A DNA stretch of 64,000 nt from Octopus vulgaris (lineage: Eukaryota), in assembly GCA_951406725.2 (NCBI GenBank), contig OX597822.1:88040001-88104000 (forward strand), in the 5' to 3' direction. The position numbers were made by a program, and so were the translations under genes. A model generated the notes under the pieces. It saw only the letters and a program-made list of their open reading frames with translations. It did no database searches and was not told the origin of the DNA. Shown in pieces: positions 23,926 to 36,611 of this stretch; the stretch's first letter is position 1, and every line of letters begins with the position of its first letter.

Positions 23926-26309
23926 GTATCTATTCACCATTCTACGAAGTTACTTCTGTATTATCGCTGACGGTTTTTTTCTCTTCTTATTTATGAAACT
24001 ACTTTTCAAGGAAAGAGAAAAAAAAAAGAACTACTGATGACACCTATTGAAGCAGAAACCCATTTATGACTATTCTCATATTTCCAGACAATAAACCTGT
24101 CCTTTTCCTTAGTGGCATGTCAGATCTAGAGAAATCATGATTCTTCATATGGTAATTGTGACACATCCTCTAGAAGTGGATATAATTTTAATAGATCTAC
24201 TATGTATGTTGTATGGTATTTAATATATCTGTATTTGTCTATGTTGTTCAAATACATCCCACTGCAAACTCTGAGTTGTTTCTCTTAGCTCATTCATTTT
24301 TAGATTTATACTTAATTTATAAATTCATATATTGTGCTGTATCTGCCTCTTAAGTTTATCGACAAGTTCATGTTATTGAGGTGATTTTAATCAAGTAATA
24401 TAGCATCTATGCAGTCTCTTGATTTACTCAACATAATAGCCAAATTTCTCTCAATAAATTTCCCATTGTCTTTCAGATGGTAATACCAGGTTTTAAGTCT
24501 TAGGACAATATTTTTTCAATAAAAATTGGACAGACACAAAATGATTTAAGTTTAGTTCTCAACAATATCTAGAGTCTCTGGCCAACTACATTATAGGCAA
24601 TGTAAGACAGAGATGAGACACTAAATTAACAAACTTCTGTTATAGTTAACAAAGCTTCCTCAAGGGACAAAATTGTCATCTAATTATTGATCCTATGTTA
24701 GATTCAGCTTGGGCTTTTAGATATAAAACAGCTTTGAAGCTCAACTCCATATATTTGTACATGTACTAGTATTATGAGATCTTACTCAAAGCATTCATAT
24801 TAATTCTTACTCCGAGTAGTAATATTGGTTCCAAATTTTGGCAATTTCAGGGGAAGGGTGGGGGTTAAGTTGATTGTATCGATCAAAGTGTTCAACTGGT
24901 ACTTATTTTATCCAAGTGTTCAACTAGTACTTATTTTATCAACCCTGAAGGGATGATAGGCAAAGTTGACCTCAGTGAAATTTGAACCCAGAATGTAAAG
25001 ACAGACAAAATGCCGCTTAGCATTTTGCCCATTGTGTTAACAATACTGCCAGTTCCAGGTAGTAATATGAATTTTTACTTGGTGTACTGATATTCTGTAT
25101 TTAGTTTTTCATCTTTTAATAAAAGTTGTTCGGTAAACTTAATTTTTATGGAAAACCTCAAAATAAAATTTGAATTCTGTAATTTGAAAATTTTTGAAGA
25201 TGCTATTTTATATAAAAAAAAAGAATTCAGATAAATATTTTTGAAGTGTGTCACCTTTATAAAAACTGTTGCAAACTTCATTTGTAAAAATATTATAATT
25301 TTGGACAATTTCATATTCCATGGGGCAAATCCTGAAATTTTATGTCTTCCATCTGAGATCCCTTTCTCTCTTTCGGAGAGGCACCGAGCAGCTATACGCA
25401 CACATACACACACGGCAGTAACTTCCACCTACCAAATTCAATCACAAAGCTCCGGTCGGCTCGGGGCTATAGTGGAAGACACCTACCCAAAGTGCCACGC
25501 AGTGGGACTGAACCCGAAACCATGTAGCTAGGAAGCAAGCTCCCTAACCACACAGCCATGCCCATTTTCAACTTTTAGTAATTTACTAAAATACTAAATA
25601 TTTTATGTTCTTACTATAGTAAAGCATCATCATCATCATCATCATTTTCTATGCTGGTATAGGTTGGATGGTTTGACATGGCTGCATTGAGCTCCAATGT
25701 CAGCTTTGGCACGGTAACTGCAGCTGGATGCTCTTCCTAATGCCAGCCACTTTATAGATTCTGCTGGGTATTTTTTTTATTTCTTGTGCATTTGGCACTA
25801 ATGAGCTTGCTAACTAACTTTAAAAAAAATATCCAAGAAGAAGGTAAAAAGGGAAAAGGAAAAAAACCTCTTCAACTAAATGGTGCTGAGAGAAGCATTT
25901 GAAAGAGGAAAAAGGGGCAAAGATTCTATGTTGAGAGGTTAAAGTATGATAGAGGGACAAACCTAGATGTCTTGCTTTAGAAGAAGATATAAGGTTACCC
26001 CACATTTTATAAGGGTGGGTGGGAGTTTCTGGAAAGAAGATAGGGATGGTAGTGATGACATACCAGAGCATTTCAAGCTGCAAAAAGATGGGCATAAAGG
26101 AGGATGCAGATTTGGAGTGAAGAGAGGGGTCAGTTTCATAAAAGTGTGAAAGGAGAGCAATAGATGGTTAGAGATGGAAGTAGAGGTAAATATAAATGAA
26201 CAAGGGTGGAGGTGTAAGTAGAAAAGTTTTTATAATGGACACCTGTGAATTTTTTTTTTGTTGTTGTTTAGATTTTGTGCTAAAGTGTTATAATTTATCA
26301 TTGTTACAG

Positions 26310-26450
26310 AAAAATGTTGAGAAATCTCGTTGTCGTGATTGTCTTTCTGGAAGTTTCCATCTGGAAAGAAATAACCCAAATGGCTGCACCACCTGTTTCT
26401 GTTTTGGAGTGATTAGCAGCTGCAGCAAGTCCAATCTTCGCTGGAGCCAG
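26310..26450 (+). CDS. LanA: Laminin alpha exon 8 (LE into L4b)
   Basis: ttacag/gtaggt; KNVEKSRCRDCLSGSFHLERNNPNGCTTCFCFGVISSCSKSNLRWSQ, with the GCxxCFCFG signature; phase 0 to 0. Confidence 0.95.
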
Positions 26451-26607
26451 GTAGGTTATATTATAGTAATTCAATAAGTGTGATATCGAGAGAGAGAGAG
26501 AGAGTGTGTGTGTGTGTGTGAATGTGATGGTTGTATATAAAATGTAATATTTGATATTGAGAATGGATATACATTCAGTGTAATATGTGATATTAAGAGT
26601 GGTATAT

Positions 26608-27243
26608 CACCTTGATCACCTTGACCGACCAGTCCGTCGGGCGTCCATTAGACACCACTGGTCACAGCATGCTGTCCACTCCTCTCTGGATCGCGCCTTT
26701 CTCATCCACGTGATCCCAATCGTCCTCCTGAAATCATAACTCCACTGTCGTGGAGGTCTTCTGAGTGGTCATTTCCACTCGCGCGGGTCCACTGATTATC
26801 GGTGAACCAGGCGACATGTCCAGCCCATCTAAACTTGCTGTGTGTATATTCTGTGATGACATCCCTCATGCCGGACTTCTCTCTGATGACCTTGCTGATG
26901 TGCTCTCTCAACGAGATTCCAAGCATTGCGGTCAGACAACGTACCAACAGGTCGAATGGTGATCGGCAGTGATGAAATAGCGGAGGTAAAGGAATATGTT
27001 CACCTGGGACAGGAAGTGAATATATGCTGATGTATCGAAAAGGAGATCTCACGGAGAGTAAGGGCCGGATGGAAGGCGTTTAATGGCATAAAGGGTATGC
27101 TCAAGGGAAGGTTGGACAGGACCATCCGTGCCAACCTCATCAACAGCACAGTTCTACCTGCAATGTTATATGGTAGTGAAACATTGGCTACAACAAAGAG
27201 AGAAGAGCAGAGACTGGTAACAGCTCAAAGAGCCATGGAAAGA
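26608..27243 (-). mobile_element. RTE-clade LINE with 5' inversion and 13-bp TSD
   Basis: Minus part 26608-26929 AMLGISLREHI...KFRWAGHVA; plus part 26930-27243 EYVHLGQ...MLYGSET...AQRAMER; TSD aagagtggtatat at 26595-26607 and 27240-27252. Confidence 0.88.
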
Positions 27244-27707
27244 GTGGTATATGTACAATATAATATCTGATATTGAGAGTGAGTGCATATATAATGCAAT
27301 ATGCCTTTCCTGTCACCATGCTTCATCTGTTTCTTAACAAAGTAATATTTTCTCATGGCCAGACATGTTTCCATAGAATATTGGAAATGAACAACACTGC
27401 TTGTCTTGCAGTGATGCTCCACTACAATATCACACAATGTCACGACAAGGAGACGTAAGCATACACACCCTCTCACACATATATATATGATGGGCTTCTT
27501 TCAGTCCATCTACTAAATCCTCTCACAAACTTTGGTTAGTCTGAGGCTATAATAGAACACACTTGCCCTAGGTCCTATGCAGTGGGACTAAACCTGTAAC
27601 TATGTGGTTGGGAAAAAAGCTTCTTAACCACACAACCAGTGTTTTTTTCTCTAAAAGACAAGAAAATTTGAATAAAATTAATTAACTTTTAAATGTATTT
27701 TTCACAG

Positions 27708-27857
27708 GTATCCACATTGAGGAACTGGAATATCCAAAATACTAATGGAGTTAACATTATTGCTAGTAGCCACATCCGAGCCAAGGTGAATGAACGGGTC
27801 TCTATTCCTAGTGAAGCAATCTATTGGTCTGCCCCTTCGGCCTATCTTGGTAACAAG
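27708..27857 (+). CDS. LanA: Laminin alpha exon 9 (laminin IV type A)
   Basis: tcacag/gttagt; VSTLRNW...AIYWSAPSAYLGNK; phase 0 to 0. Confidence 0.93.
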
Positions 27858-28090
27858 GTTAGTGACTATTGACTATTTTTATATAGTTTACTGCAAATGA
27901 ATACATTACCAACTTCTGGCTATGTCCACATTTATCTGTTGTCTGTCTATAAGAAACATAAAAAAAAACATTTCTTGTTATCAAAGACATTTCTTGTAAT
28001 CAAAGAACATATATTACATATAAACGTTTATTGTGTAATGTAAAAAAATCATCTTCAGCTGATCTAAAATGGATTAATTTAAATCTTCAG

Positions 28091-28183
28091 ATTCCTTCTT
28101 ATGGTGGCCGATTGAGTTACAAGATTGTTTTCTCAAGTAAATCAGATGGTGTTGAAACTGTAGGACCTGATGTTATCTTGGTG
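28091..28183 (+). CDS. LanA: Laminin alpha exon 10 (laminin IV type A)
   Basis: cttcag/gtaagt; IPSYGGRLSYKIVFSSKSDGVETVGPDVILV with the SYGGxLxY motif. Confidence 0.93.
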
Positions 28184-30011
28184 GTAAGTGATATTTCTTT
28201 AAACTTATTCCAGCAATAATTTTGTTATTTTTATGGTTAAATCAAGAGGAGTCTCCTAATGGTTGTTTGACTTGCTAGAATTAGTGATATCTCTCTCAAA
28301 TCCCATCTTATCTTCTTAAAAAATGGTAAGACACATTGCATATTATTCTTTTAGATATTATATGTCTGAGAAATAAAAAGGATGGAGATGGTCTTAGCAG
28401 AATTAACATTGATTATATGTCTGCTTGTGCAAGGAAGACCCTGAGTTAAAAAAAATGACAAAAACAACAGCAACTACAAGATTACCCTCATTCTTGTTAT
28501 CCAAAGTCAGTGCTATCATCATTTCCTCCTTTCTCCTCTCATCATTATCATTGCTTCACTTACTGTGTTATGGTCATTAACATTTCCACCAACATCATAA
28601 AACAGGGAACCTGTATGCAGTTGCAATCGTGGAATCTAGAATTATCAGATTCCATTTAATCACATTCTGCTACTTTAACAACAACAACAATAAGAGAATG
28701 AGATTTAGCAATGTTGTCCTTAACTATATGCAATGGTGAAATGATCATGAATGGAACTCTTTCGATTGTAGATCTGCTTAATCAGAGCTGACTGCAACAA
28801 TGAGTCTATCATAGATGCTACACCAGTCTATCATTGATGCTACATTCCACTTGATTCTTCATAATTTCTTACGTTATTCTTGTCTTCTTCCCTCCTAGCT
28901 CTCCCCACCCTCTTCCTCTTTCATTGTTTTTTTGGGCATGGTGTTTAATATGTATATATGTACGAGCAAAACTCCCCCCCCCCCCGTCCAATGGACGGTG
29001 TTGAGTTGTCAAACATTTAAACCAAATTTTCTCAAAACAATTTGTCCAACCATCCCATAGGCCTCCCCTCTGAGAAACACTGATTTAAACTAAATTTGAG
29101 ACTCCAGCAAAAGAAGAAATAAAGATAGACTTTTTTTCTATTCCAAAGAAAAACGATTTTATTCACACAAATATGCAGCCGAAAAGTTTAAAGTACCAGT
29201 AATGATAAGGCTGTTGACTGGGAAAACACAAACATGGTTTAAACAGTAAGCTTGGCAGGAAAGAAGCATGCCTTTAAGCAGTACAAAAATAACAAAAAAT
29301 GGAAGGTGCAGTTATGTACAGGTTGACAGAAGAAAAGCTGGACAAAAATGGCTTTATCGATCGCATTTTCACCTGGAATCGATTTTTGTAAATTTTTCAA
29401 GACTTATACACGCCCTGATACCGTTGGTATCTACATATTAAATTTGAGTGCAATTAGATGGAGGATGCCTGAGATCCTAGAAGATACACACACAGACAGA
29501 CAGAACAAATTTTATATAATAAATAATGTGCAGGGAACAGATACGGTATTCATTGCTTTATAGAACATGCATTTCAGCTAAATGCTGCAATAATCACATA
29601 ACCATTGTTGTAACCATTGTTGAAGTGCTATGCAATTTTACCTTATTGCAAAACACTGATGTGGTGAGGTATAAGATTGCATAGTGTTTCTATAACTGTT
29701 ACATAACTACTACAGCATTTTGGTAACACATGTGCATAGTCTACAGAGCATTGAATACCATACCTATTTTCTGCATATTATTATTTATATCATTTGGCTC
29801 ATATTCCACATACTAGCTTAACCTGAGGCTGATATCCCATGCCATACTACACTGAATTCTGGTGCAGAGTGTGGAATACAATGCTGAACCTGACTTTTTG
29901 GTTATGTGTTGCACTTCCAATCTTTTTATGAGGTATGTATATATATATATAAGTGTATGTATATGCACTATATCAAATCTCAATGTGTATCATTGATCTG
30001 ATTTTCTCCAG

Positions 30012-30095
30012 GGTAACAACATGTCATTGGCATACTACAGCAAGAATCCTCCAGAGAACAACCGGAGACAAGAATTCATTGTGGACCTCCGCGAG
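30012..30095 (+). CDS. LanA: Laminin alpha exon 11
   Basis: ctccag/gtaaag; GNNMSLAYYSKNPPENNRRQEFIVDLRE; phase 0 to 0. Confidence 0.9.
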
Positions 30096-30266
30096 GTAAA
30101 GACTCTACGACTGATACTTTCTTATTCTTATATGAATTGATTAAGTCTTTCTATTTTCTATTTATTGCATTGATGATAGGTATTGCTGAATTTCTGTATA
30201 TATGAGAAACACATATAAATGCACACATACTACATCCATTTATAAACATTCTGATATAAGCATTTA

Positions 30267-30310
<44 letters not shown>

Positions 30311-30365
30311 AGTATATGTACATATGCATTTATGTATATGTATGTGTATGCTTATATATATGTAT

Positions 30366-30643
30366 ACAGGGTGGGGTGAATAAACTGTTGTCTAAATTAC
30401 GCAAAAATGAAAATAACACTGATATCTCATTTTAACAGATATATTTACCAAAATTGCATAAAAATATCTTGAAATACTAATGAGTAAATTTATTCAATAA
30501 AATCGTTATTGGCTTCAACCATGGCCTCCAGATGACTTCAGAATCACCTGCAACTCTTCTGGACAGTCTCCTTGTTTAAGTTTGTGAATGCTGCCATAAT
30601 CCTTGCCTTCAATTCATCTTTGGTGTTACAAGAAGTTTTGTAG
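30366..30643 (-). mobile_element. Tc1/mariner-superfamily 3' end fragment
   Basis: ta-cagggtg terminus; minus strand NTKDELKARIMAAF...HLEAMVEANNDFIE* resembles a transposase C-terminus. Confidence 0.6.
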
Positions 30644-30694
30644 TTCAATAGGTGTCATCAGTAGTATCTAAATGTTTTTTTGGTTTTTTTTCAG

Positions 30695-30816
30695 TATACC
30701 TTCATGCATGAAATTCATGGCACTCCTGTGCGAAGAGACCAATTCATGATGGTCTTGGCACATCTGGAAGGAATTTACATCAAAGCATCCTATTTGAGTA
30801 AAGTACTTGAGATTAG
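30695..30816 (+). CDS. LanA: Laminin alpha exon 12
   Basis: tttcag/gtgatg; YTFMHEIHGTPVRRDQFMMVLAHLEGIYIKASYLSKVLEI with the FMMVL..L..I.IKASY motif; phase 0 to 2. Confidence 0.93.
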
Positions 30817-30859
30817 GTGATGTTAAATGCAGTTCTTTTTCATTGTTTGACATTTCACT

Positions 30860-31115
30860 TTTGTTGACAGTTGTATTGACATCTAGATATAGTAGTAATT
30901 GTCAAGTATTGTCATTATGTAATGTGTTGTTCTTTGTTGACAATTGACAATGTTGTATTGACATCTTTATGTATAGTAATAATTGTTGAATACCATCATT
31001 ATATAATGTGTTGTCCATTGTTGGTAATTTGACTATCTTGTATTGACATCTACATACATAGTAATAATTGTCAAGTATTGTCATTGTATAATGTTTCGTC
31101 AGTTTGACAATGTTG
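30860..31115. repeat. Degenerate minisatellite, 3 copies of about 90 bp
   Basis: tgtattgacatct...atagtaataattgt...cattatataatgt recurs three times just after exon 12. Confidence 0.7.
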
Positions 31116-32012
31116 TTAATCTAATCCAGGAAGTAACACACATTCTTCTTTTGGATAAAGTACAAGTTGCTAGTGCTACATCTCAGAAAGATATGTCATA
31201 AGAACTACAAATTTAATGGGTTATTCTATTAATTATGAAATTAAGGTATTTTATCCTTGTAATATTGTAAAACAAAGAATATTCATTGAGTCATAAATAC
31301 TGTTAGTGTTCTTGTGCATAAATCTTCTTCGTGATTACTGAAGAAGACTATGTTGGAATGGAGTTGTGTTATCTTCTCCATGATTATATAAGAATTTGTG
31401 CTCTGAGCTGTCAATGAATGAAATTCTTGCTAATTGTCTGAACAATGTTAAGCTGCTTACAATGTTAAGCTTTATCTTCCTCAAGATATCTGTTTATAGC
31501 AAGGTACTCTAACTCAATGAAAAATGTCATTGCTTAATCCCAGATCAGGTCTGACTGGACAGACATATGATCAAATATTTTCCAATGATGACCAATCCTT
31601 TTCGTGTATATTTAGGACCACTTCATCCAATGTGTACACTATTTTAAAAAATGCTGGAGTTTGATGTATGAAATTTTGCCCTGCTATTTATAGCAGACCA
31701 TGTTGTTACCCATTACAATGCTGATGGTAAAAATATCTGTTAATCATGCATGTACCATCATAAACTGTTCAAAATGAAAGTCTTTTTTTAAAGTCTGTGT
31801 TACATTGTCTAAATGTTGAAAGACATACAGAAAAAAAACACACACACACACACAAAGATAACTATATACATATATATATATGCACACATATAATCTTTTT
31901 TTGAAGTTTGTGTTGCCTTGTGTTGACAGACTTGCACTTAAAATTCTCGTATTTTTAATCAAAACATGTTAGTTACTAAGGTGACAACACAACCTAATAA
32001 GTATCTTTCACA

Positions 32013-32063
<51 letters not shown>

Positions 32064-32444
32064 TGTATTTCCCTCTCAACAACTTTTTCTCCTCTCCTTC
32101 TTACCTCTCTAGACACGTGTTGTTACAGACAGACAAAGATCAGTTTCTCTTTTATAATATATGATTGAGGAAGCTCATTAAATATGGCAGTGGTGGGGGA
32201 ACATTGTTGAGTGTCATAGGTAGTATTGAAACACTGTACAGTTCATTGTCCAGCACAATATCACTCTTGTTCTATAAACTGAAATTGTTGCTTCCTGACA
32301 TAGACCTCTCTATATGTTACCTATAATTCCTTGCTGCCTACTTTTGAGAAAACAATTTAGCACAAAAATACATTTGTCAGAAGAATGATTTTACTTTTAT
32401 ATTAATGAAACTTTCTGTTTGTCTTATGTCTTTATCTTGCACAG

Positions 32445-32553
32445 GTTAAGCAATGTTCAGCTGGAAGTTGCTACTAAAAATGGTAATGGAAATCTGGCAC
32501 ATACAGTAGAAAAATGCCATTGTCCAGCAAGTTACAGAGGTACTTCTTGTGAG
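32445..32553 (+). CDS. LanA: Laminin alpha exon 13
   Basis: gcacag/gtaaaa; LSNVQLEVATKNGNGNLAHTVEKCHCPASYRGTSCE; phase 2 to 0. Confidence 0.94.
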
Positions 32554-32639
32554 GTAAAAAAAATCCAACAAACTATTTCTAAAATAATAATCCCTAAAAT
32601 AATTATTGTTTATATAAGTGTGCATGTGTGTGTGTGTGT

Positions 32640-33330
32640 AGGAACAGGTGTCTTGCTGTAGAGGAGATACACATCTACTCCTGCTAGAAAGAAAGTGTCA
32701 CATGGAGAATTACTGGATATGATGCAGGATATAAAGTCAACTTTCATAGTACCTAAATTCTAGTTATTAGCAGCTAACTCTAGAGACAGGAACATGTTGG
32801 TCTTGAATGGAAATTGAGATGCGAGTTTCTCTGAATCTACTCAGCACTCTACCTTTGGTTCGTATGACAAGAGGTGAGGAAATATAGCTTTTAGTGCTTA
32901 CATGTAGAGATGCATTAAAGACAAGTGATTCTTCACAGTCGTGCAGGTACCAAGAATCATGTGTTACTCTCTGATAGGTCTCTGAACTTCTGCAATTGTT
33001 CTGGCTTGCTTGTAGTAAGAAGTGAGTTGTGTGTTTCCTGGTTGCTCTCAACTTCTACAAAGATTTTTAGCACCAAATCACTTAAAACCAAAGAAAAGGG
33101 TGTAAATCTCAAGGATGTTTGAGATGATGTTCTGACTCTGTGACATGATCCTCTGTGAGTCGAGTGGTTGATAAATAGAATGTGCGTATGATAATTGCAA
33201 GTTTCAAGTTTGGTTCACTCATTGCACTAACCAGATAACTCAATGAATGGGGTTCAACTCCTAGTTCTTGCTACAAGAGAAAAGACGGTGATGAGGTGTC
33301 TTCGCATATCCTCAAGTTACAAGAAGGTGA
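32640..33330 (-). mobile_element. Degenerate Penelope-like (GIY-YIG region) fragment
   Basis: IRTKGRVLSRFRETRISI...VPVSR resembles the IGETGR..RFxEH...PVxRHF segment of Penelope endonucleases. Confidence 0.45.
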
Positions 33331-34286
33331 TTAAAAAGAGAAAATGGCCAGAGAATTGAGGATGGTTGGGTGGTTTGGTTCACAAGCATGCGAAAGGAAA
33401 GTGATAAATGGTTAGAACTGAGGATAGAGATGAATGTAGTGAATGGTAAACATGGGTGAAAGCATAGTCATTGGTAGCTATCAGTTTAGGAGGAGGTGAA
33501 GGACAAAGGTGTGGGTCAGAGAGAAAGAGGTGATAGGTGGCAGTACAAAAAGGGGGAGATGAAGTTTAATAAGTTTAACTGTTTAATAAGACCATAAATA
33601 CATGAGAAATTAGGAGATGATATGAAGTGGAAGGAAATAAGAAAGGGATGTACAGTGACAGATGATGTGGGTCAGATGTATATACGAGTAGATATAGTGA
33701 GTAATAAACAAATGTTGTGGGTTGTTGCTGGACCAGTGGAAAATATGAGAGGGTGTTCAGGAAAAGGGGGCATTCAGTAGACAATGAAGTTGTAAAGGAT
33801 GATATAAGAATGTGGGATTGGTGACAAAAAGATGTTCCTATTGTTTACAGTACTGAATTTGTGGATCTTTGTTGACTTTTCATAATCAGGTTTGTATCTG
33901 CCAAAATGCATTAAGAATGAATATATACATTATTGTTTGGATTCTTGCTGTTTTGTGTGCAGTACTGTCCTGAGGCATGGACACACTGAGCAGTTGCCTG
34001 AGGGCACAGTGGGTCTAGGGGCCCAATTCTGATGTATGTTGTTGCTTGCTGTCATTGATTTGCTCAGGGGCTTATAATGCTACTAAGACAACCTTGTTTA
34101 TGTGAACCTCATGAATAAATATTTCACATTATTGCCTTAATGTTTGTAACAATTGGCTAGTTATGTGCCACAGATGTTCTATCAATTCACTTTCTATAAT
34201 TTACTTCTCTCCATTTGGTCATACTTTGTTAATTATTAACACTAACTCTGGTGGATTAATAACTGTCTCTGACTCTATCGTTGCAG

Positions 34287-34400
34287 AAATGTGCATCTGG
34301 ACACTACCGAAGACGGAAAAGTCCATTCTTTGGTTTGTGTTCCCCATGTGAATGCAATGGACATACAAAGAAGTGTGACCCAACAACAGGAGAGTGTTTG
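34287..34400 (+). CDS. LanA: Laminin alpha exon 14 (LE)
   Basis: ttgcag/gtaata; KCASGHYRRRKSPFFGLCSPCECNGHTKKCDPTTGECL. Confidence 0.94.
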
Positions 34401-34432
34401 GTAATATACTAATGTTTTTAAACCATTTCTAA

Positions 34433-34705
34433 CACCACCATCTACTACCAACAACGACAACACCAACATGACCACCATAACCACAATCATCACCACCACA
34501 ACCACCACTAACACTACTGTCATTCTGACCACCACCACCATCACCACCACAACCACCTCTACAACCACAACTGTAATCACCGCCACCACTACCCCAATCA
34601 CAGCTACTACCATCACAACCACCACAAAACACCTACAAGACCACAACCACAACAAGCAACACCACCACTAACACCACAACCATTATCATCACCTCAGTCA
34701 CCATT
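34433..34705. repeat. Degenerate (ACC/ACA)n microsatellite
   Basis: Visible trinucleotide periodicity just after exon 14. Confidence 0.85.
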
Positions 34706-34734
34706 ATCAAAACAAAGACCAGTACAACTAACCT

Positions 34735-36230
34735 AAAATTTCCTTTCTAATTTGAAATGTTTTGTAATATTTCTTGTATTTGCTTCAAATGTATTTTTGT
34801 CTTTCCTTTATGTGTTTTTTCCAGGCAATAATTTATTGAAGGTTGATTTTATTTTACATGCGAACATTAACCCTTCTGATGACTTTCCTGAGTCAGTATT
34901 TGGATTTGGTGTTATTCTATATGCTCTCAAAAATTTCGTTAGTACCTCGTCATTATCTAGCTTTTCTTAGATCGCTTTTGAACATGTTAACAAATTTTTC
35001 TGCCTATTCATTCAACCTCGAGTGGTCAGGTGGGGTAAAGATCTGCTTTATGGCATGTATTTTGCAGAAATTTCTTAATTCATATCCCATGAATTGTGTT
35101 CCATTATCTGAAACTAATGTGTCTTGAACACCATATCAAGCAAGTAACTCGAGTAGGAACTTTATTGTTGTCTTTGCTGTGGGTTTATTACATCTGCATA
35201 CCTCTGACCACTTTGTATAGCTATCCACAACAATTAGATAGTATGCGCTGTTTACTGGTCCAGTGCAGTCGATATGTATCCTGGACCATGGACTCTCAGT
35301 TTGAGCTGCCCATTTTACATAATTCACTTTTTCAATGATTCCGTTTTTTTTTTAAAAATCTGTCCAACTTATTGTCCGCTTGCTTTATTTCTGCAAAAGG
35401 CACTTTCCTATTAGACTTGGCACTTTCCTATTAGACTTGAACACAGGTGTAACATTATCATCTAATTCAAACATGCTTCAGTCTTTGTGCATAGACCTAG
35501 TTTCTTTGAGAGTACTTGCTGAAACATTTAAAAAAATTTTCTCTTTAACTCTTCAGACGAATTATTTTTAGAGGGACAACCATTTATGTTTTTACAATAG
35601 AGATTTATGGGCAGGTCCCATAAATCAAATAATTCTAAGCAATCGATACCCAACAGATTGGTTGCATTTTTAATGATGAAGACTTTCACCTTGCATGTTT
35701 TCCCTTGAAATGTAGCATTAGTCCACATATTACCTATGAAATGTAATTTGTTGCCCATCATGCTGCAATCAGATTTTGCTGTTTTTCTCAACATAGGTTT
35801 CCCTATTTTCCTTTATGTCTCCATGTTTATTATTGGAATATCACTTCCAGTATCCAATTGAAGTTTAATATGTATTCCATTTATTTTTATGTGTACGAAT
35901 TTTATTATTTGGGAGTCAGTTTTTGTTTCTGATGAGTGAATTCTAGGATTTTTAATGTTTGACCTTCATAATTTTGTTCTGCAGTGTGAACTTTTGTGAC
36001 CAATTCTTTTGTAACTGTAACATTTTTGATTTTTAAATGGACAGTCTTTTCTGAAATGTATGCTTCCACATCCATAACATGGAATTGGACATGGCACTCT
36101 TTTTTGATTGCACTTTTCCAGAAGCGGGTGAGGGAAGTGAGGTCCTAGGTGGATGAGAGGGTGAGTGTGGTAAGAATGGCTTGCATGGTTGGGCAGAACA
36201 CAGCTGGCAGAGAGCATTTTCCATTTGTAG
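34735..36230 (-). mobile_element. Degenerate Gypsy LTR-retrotransposon internal fragment (gag knuckles, protease, integrase)
   Basis: CYGCGSIHFRKDC and CYSYKRIGHKSSHC knuckles; LQLDTGSD protease; PWSRIHID...LIVVDSYTKW and LVSDNGTQF integrase motifs. Confidence 0.85.
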
Positions 36231-36492
36231 TCAGGGTGATATGTAAGGTTCCTTGATTGGATCTAATTGTCCCCTTACTGAGACATTTCCATCTTTTTCT
36301 ATATTGCTGTTGTTTTTTTTTTTTTTCCTTTATCTGTTTCTTCAAAATAAATTCAATACTTGCCACCTCCCCCCCCCCACGTTTTTGTAAATTCTCCCTG
36401 CAATGTCCCCTTCGCTATTGCCCTAGTGGCGAGTAAAGCAAAACATTATTATTTTAATTTTATTTATTTCGTTTTTCTTTCTTCCACAACAG

Positions 36493-36611
36493 GACTGCCA
36501 GGACAACACCACAGGATTTTATTGTGAGAAGTGTAAACCAGGTTATTCTGGAGATCCAGCCAATGGGGTTTGTGCAATCTGTGCCTGCCCTATGCCAGTT
36601 GCTTCAAATAA
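36493..36611 (+). CDS. LanA: Laminin alpha exon 15 (LE)
   Basis: caacag/gtaggt; DCQDNTTGFYCEKCKPGYSGDPANGVCAICACPMPVASN; phase 0 to 2. Confidence 0.94.

Noticed and set aside
34308-34319. RRRK in exon 14 as a furin site
   Set aside because: It does not fit R-X-K/R-R and lies within a disulfide-bonded LE module.
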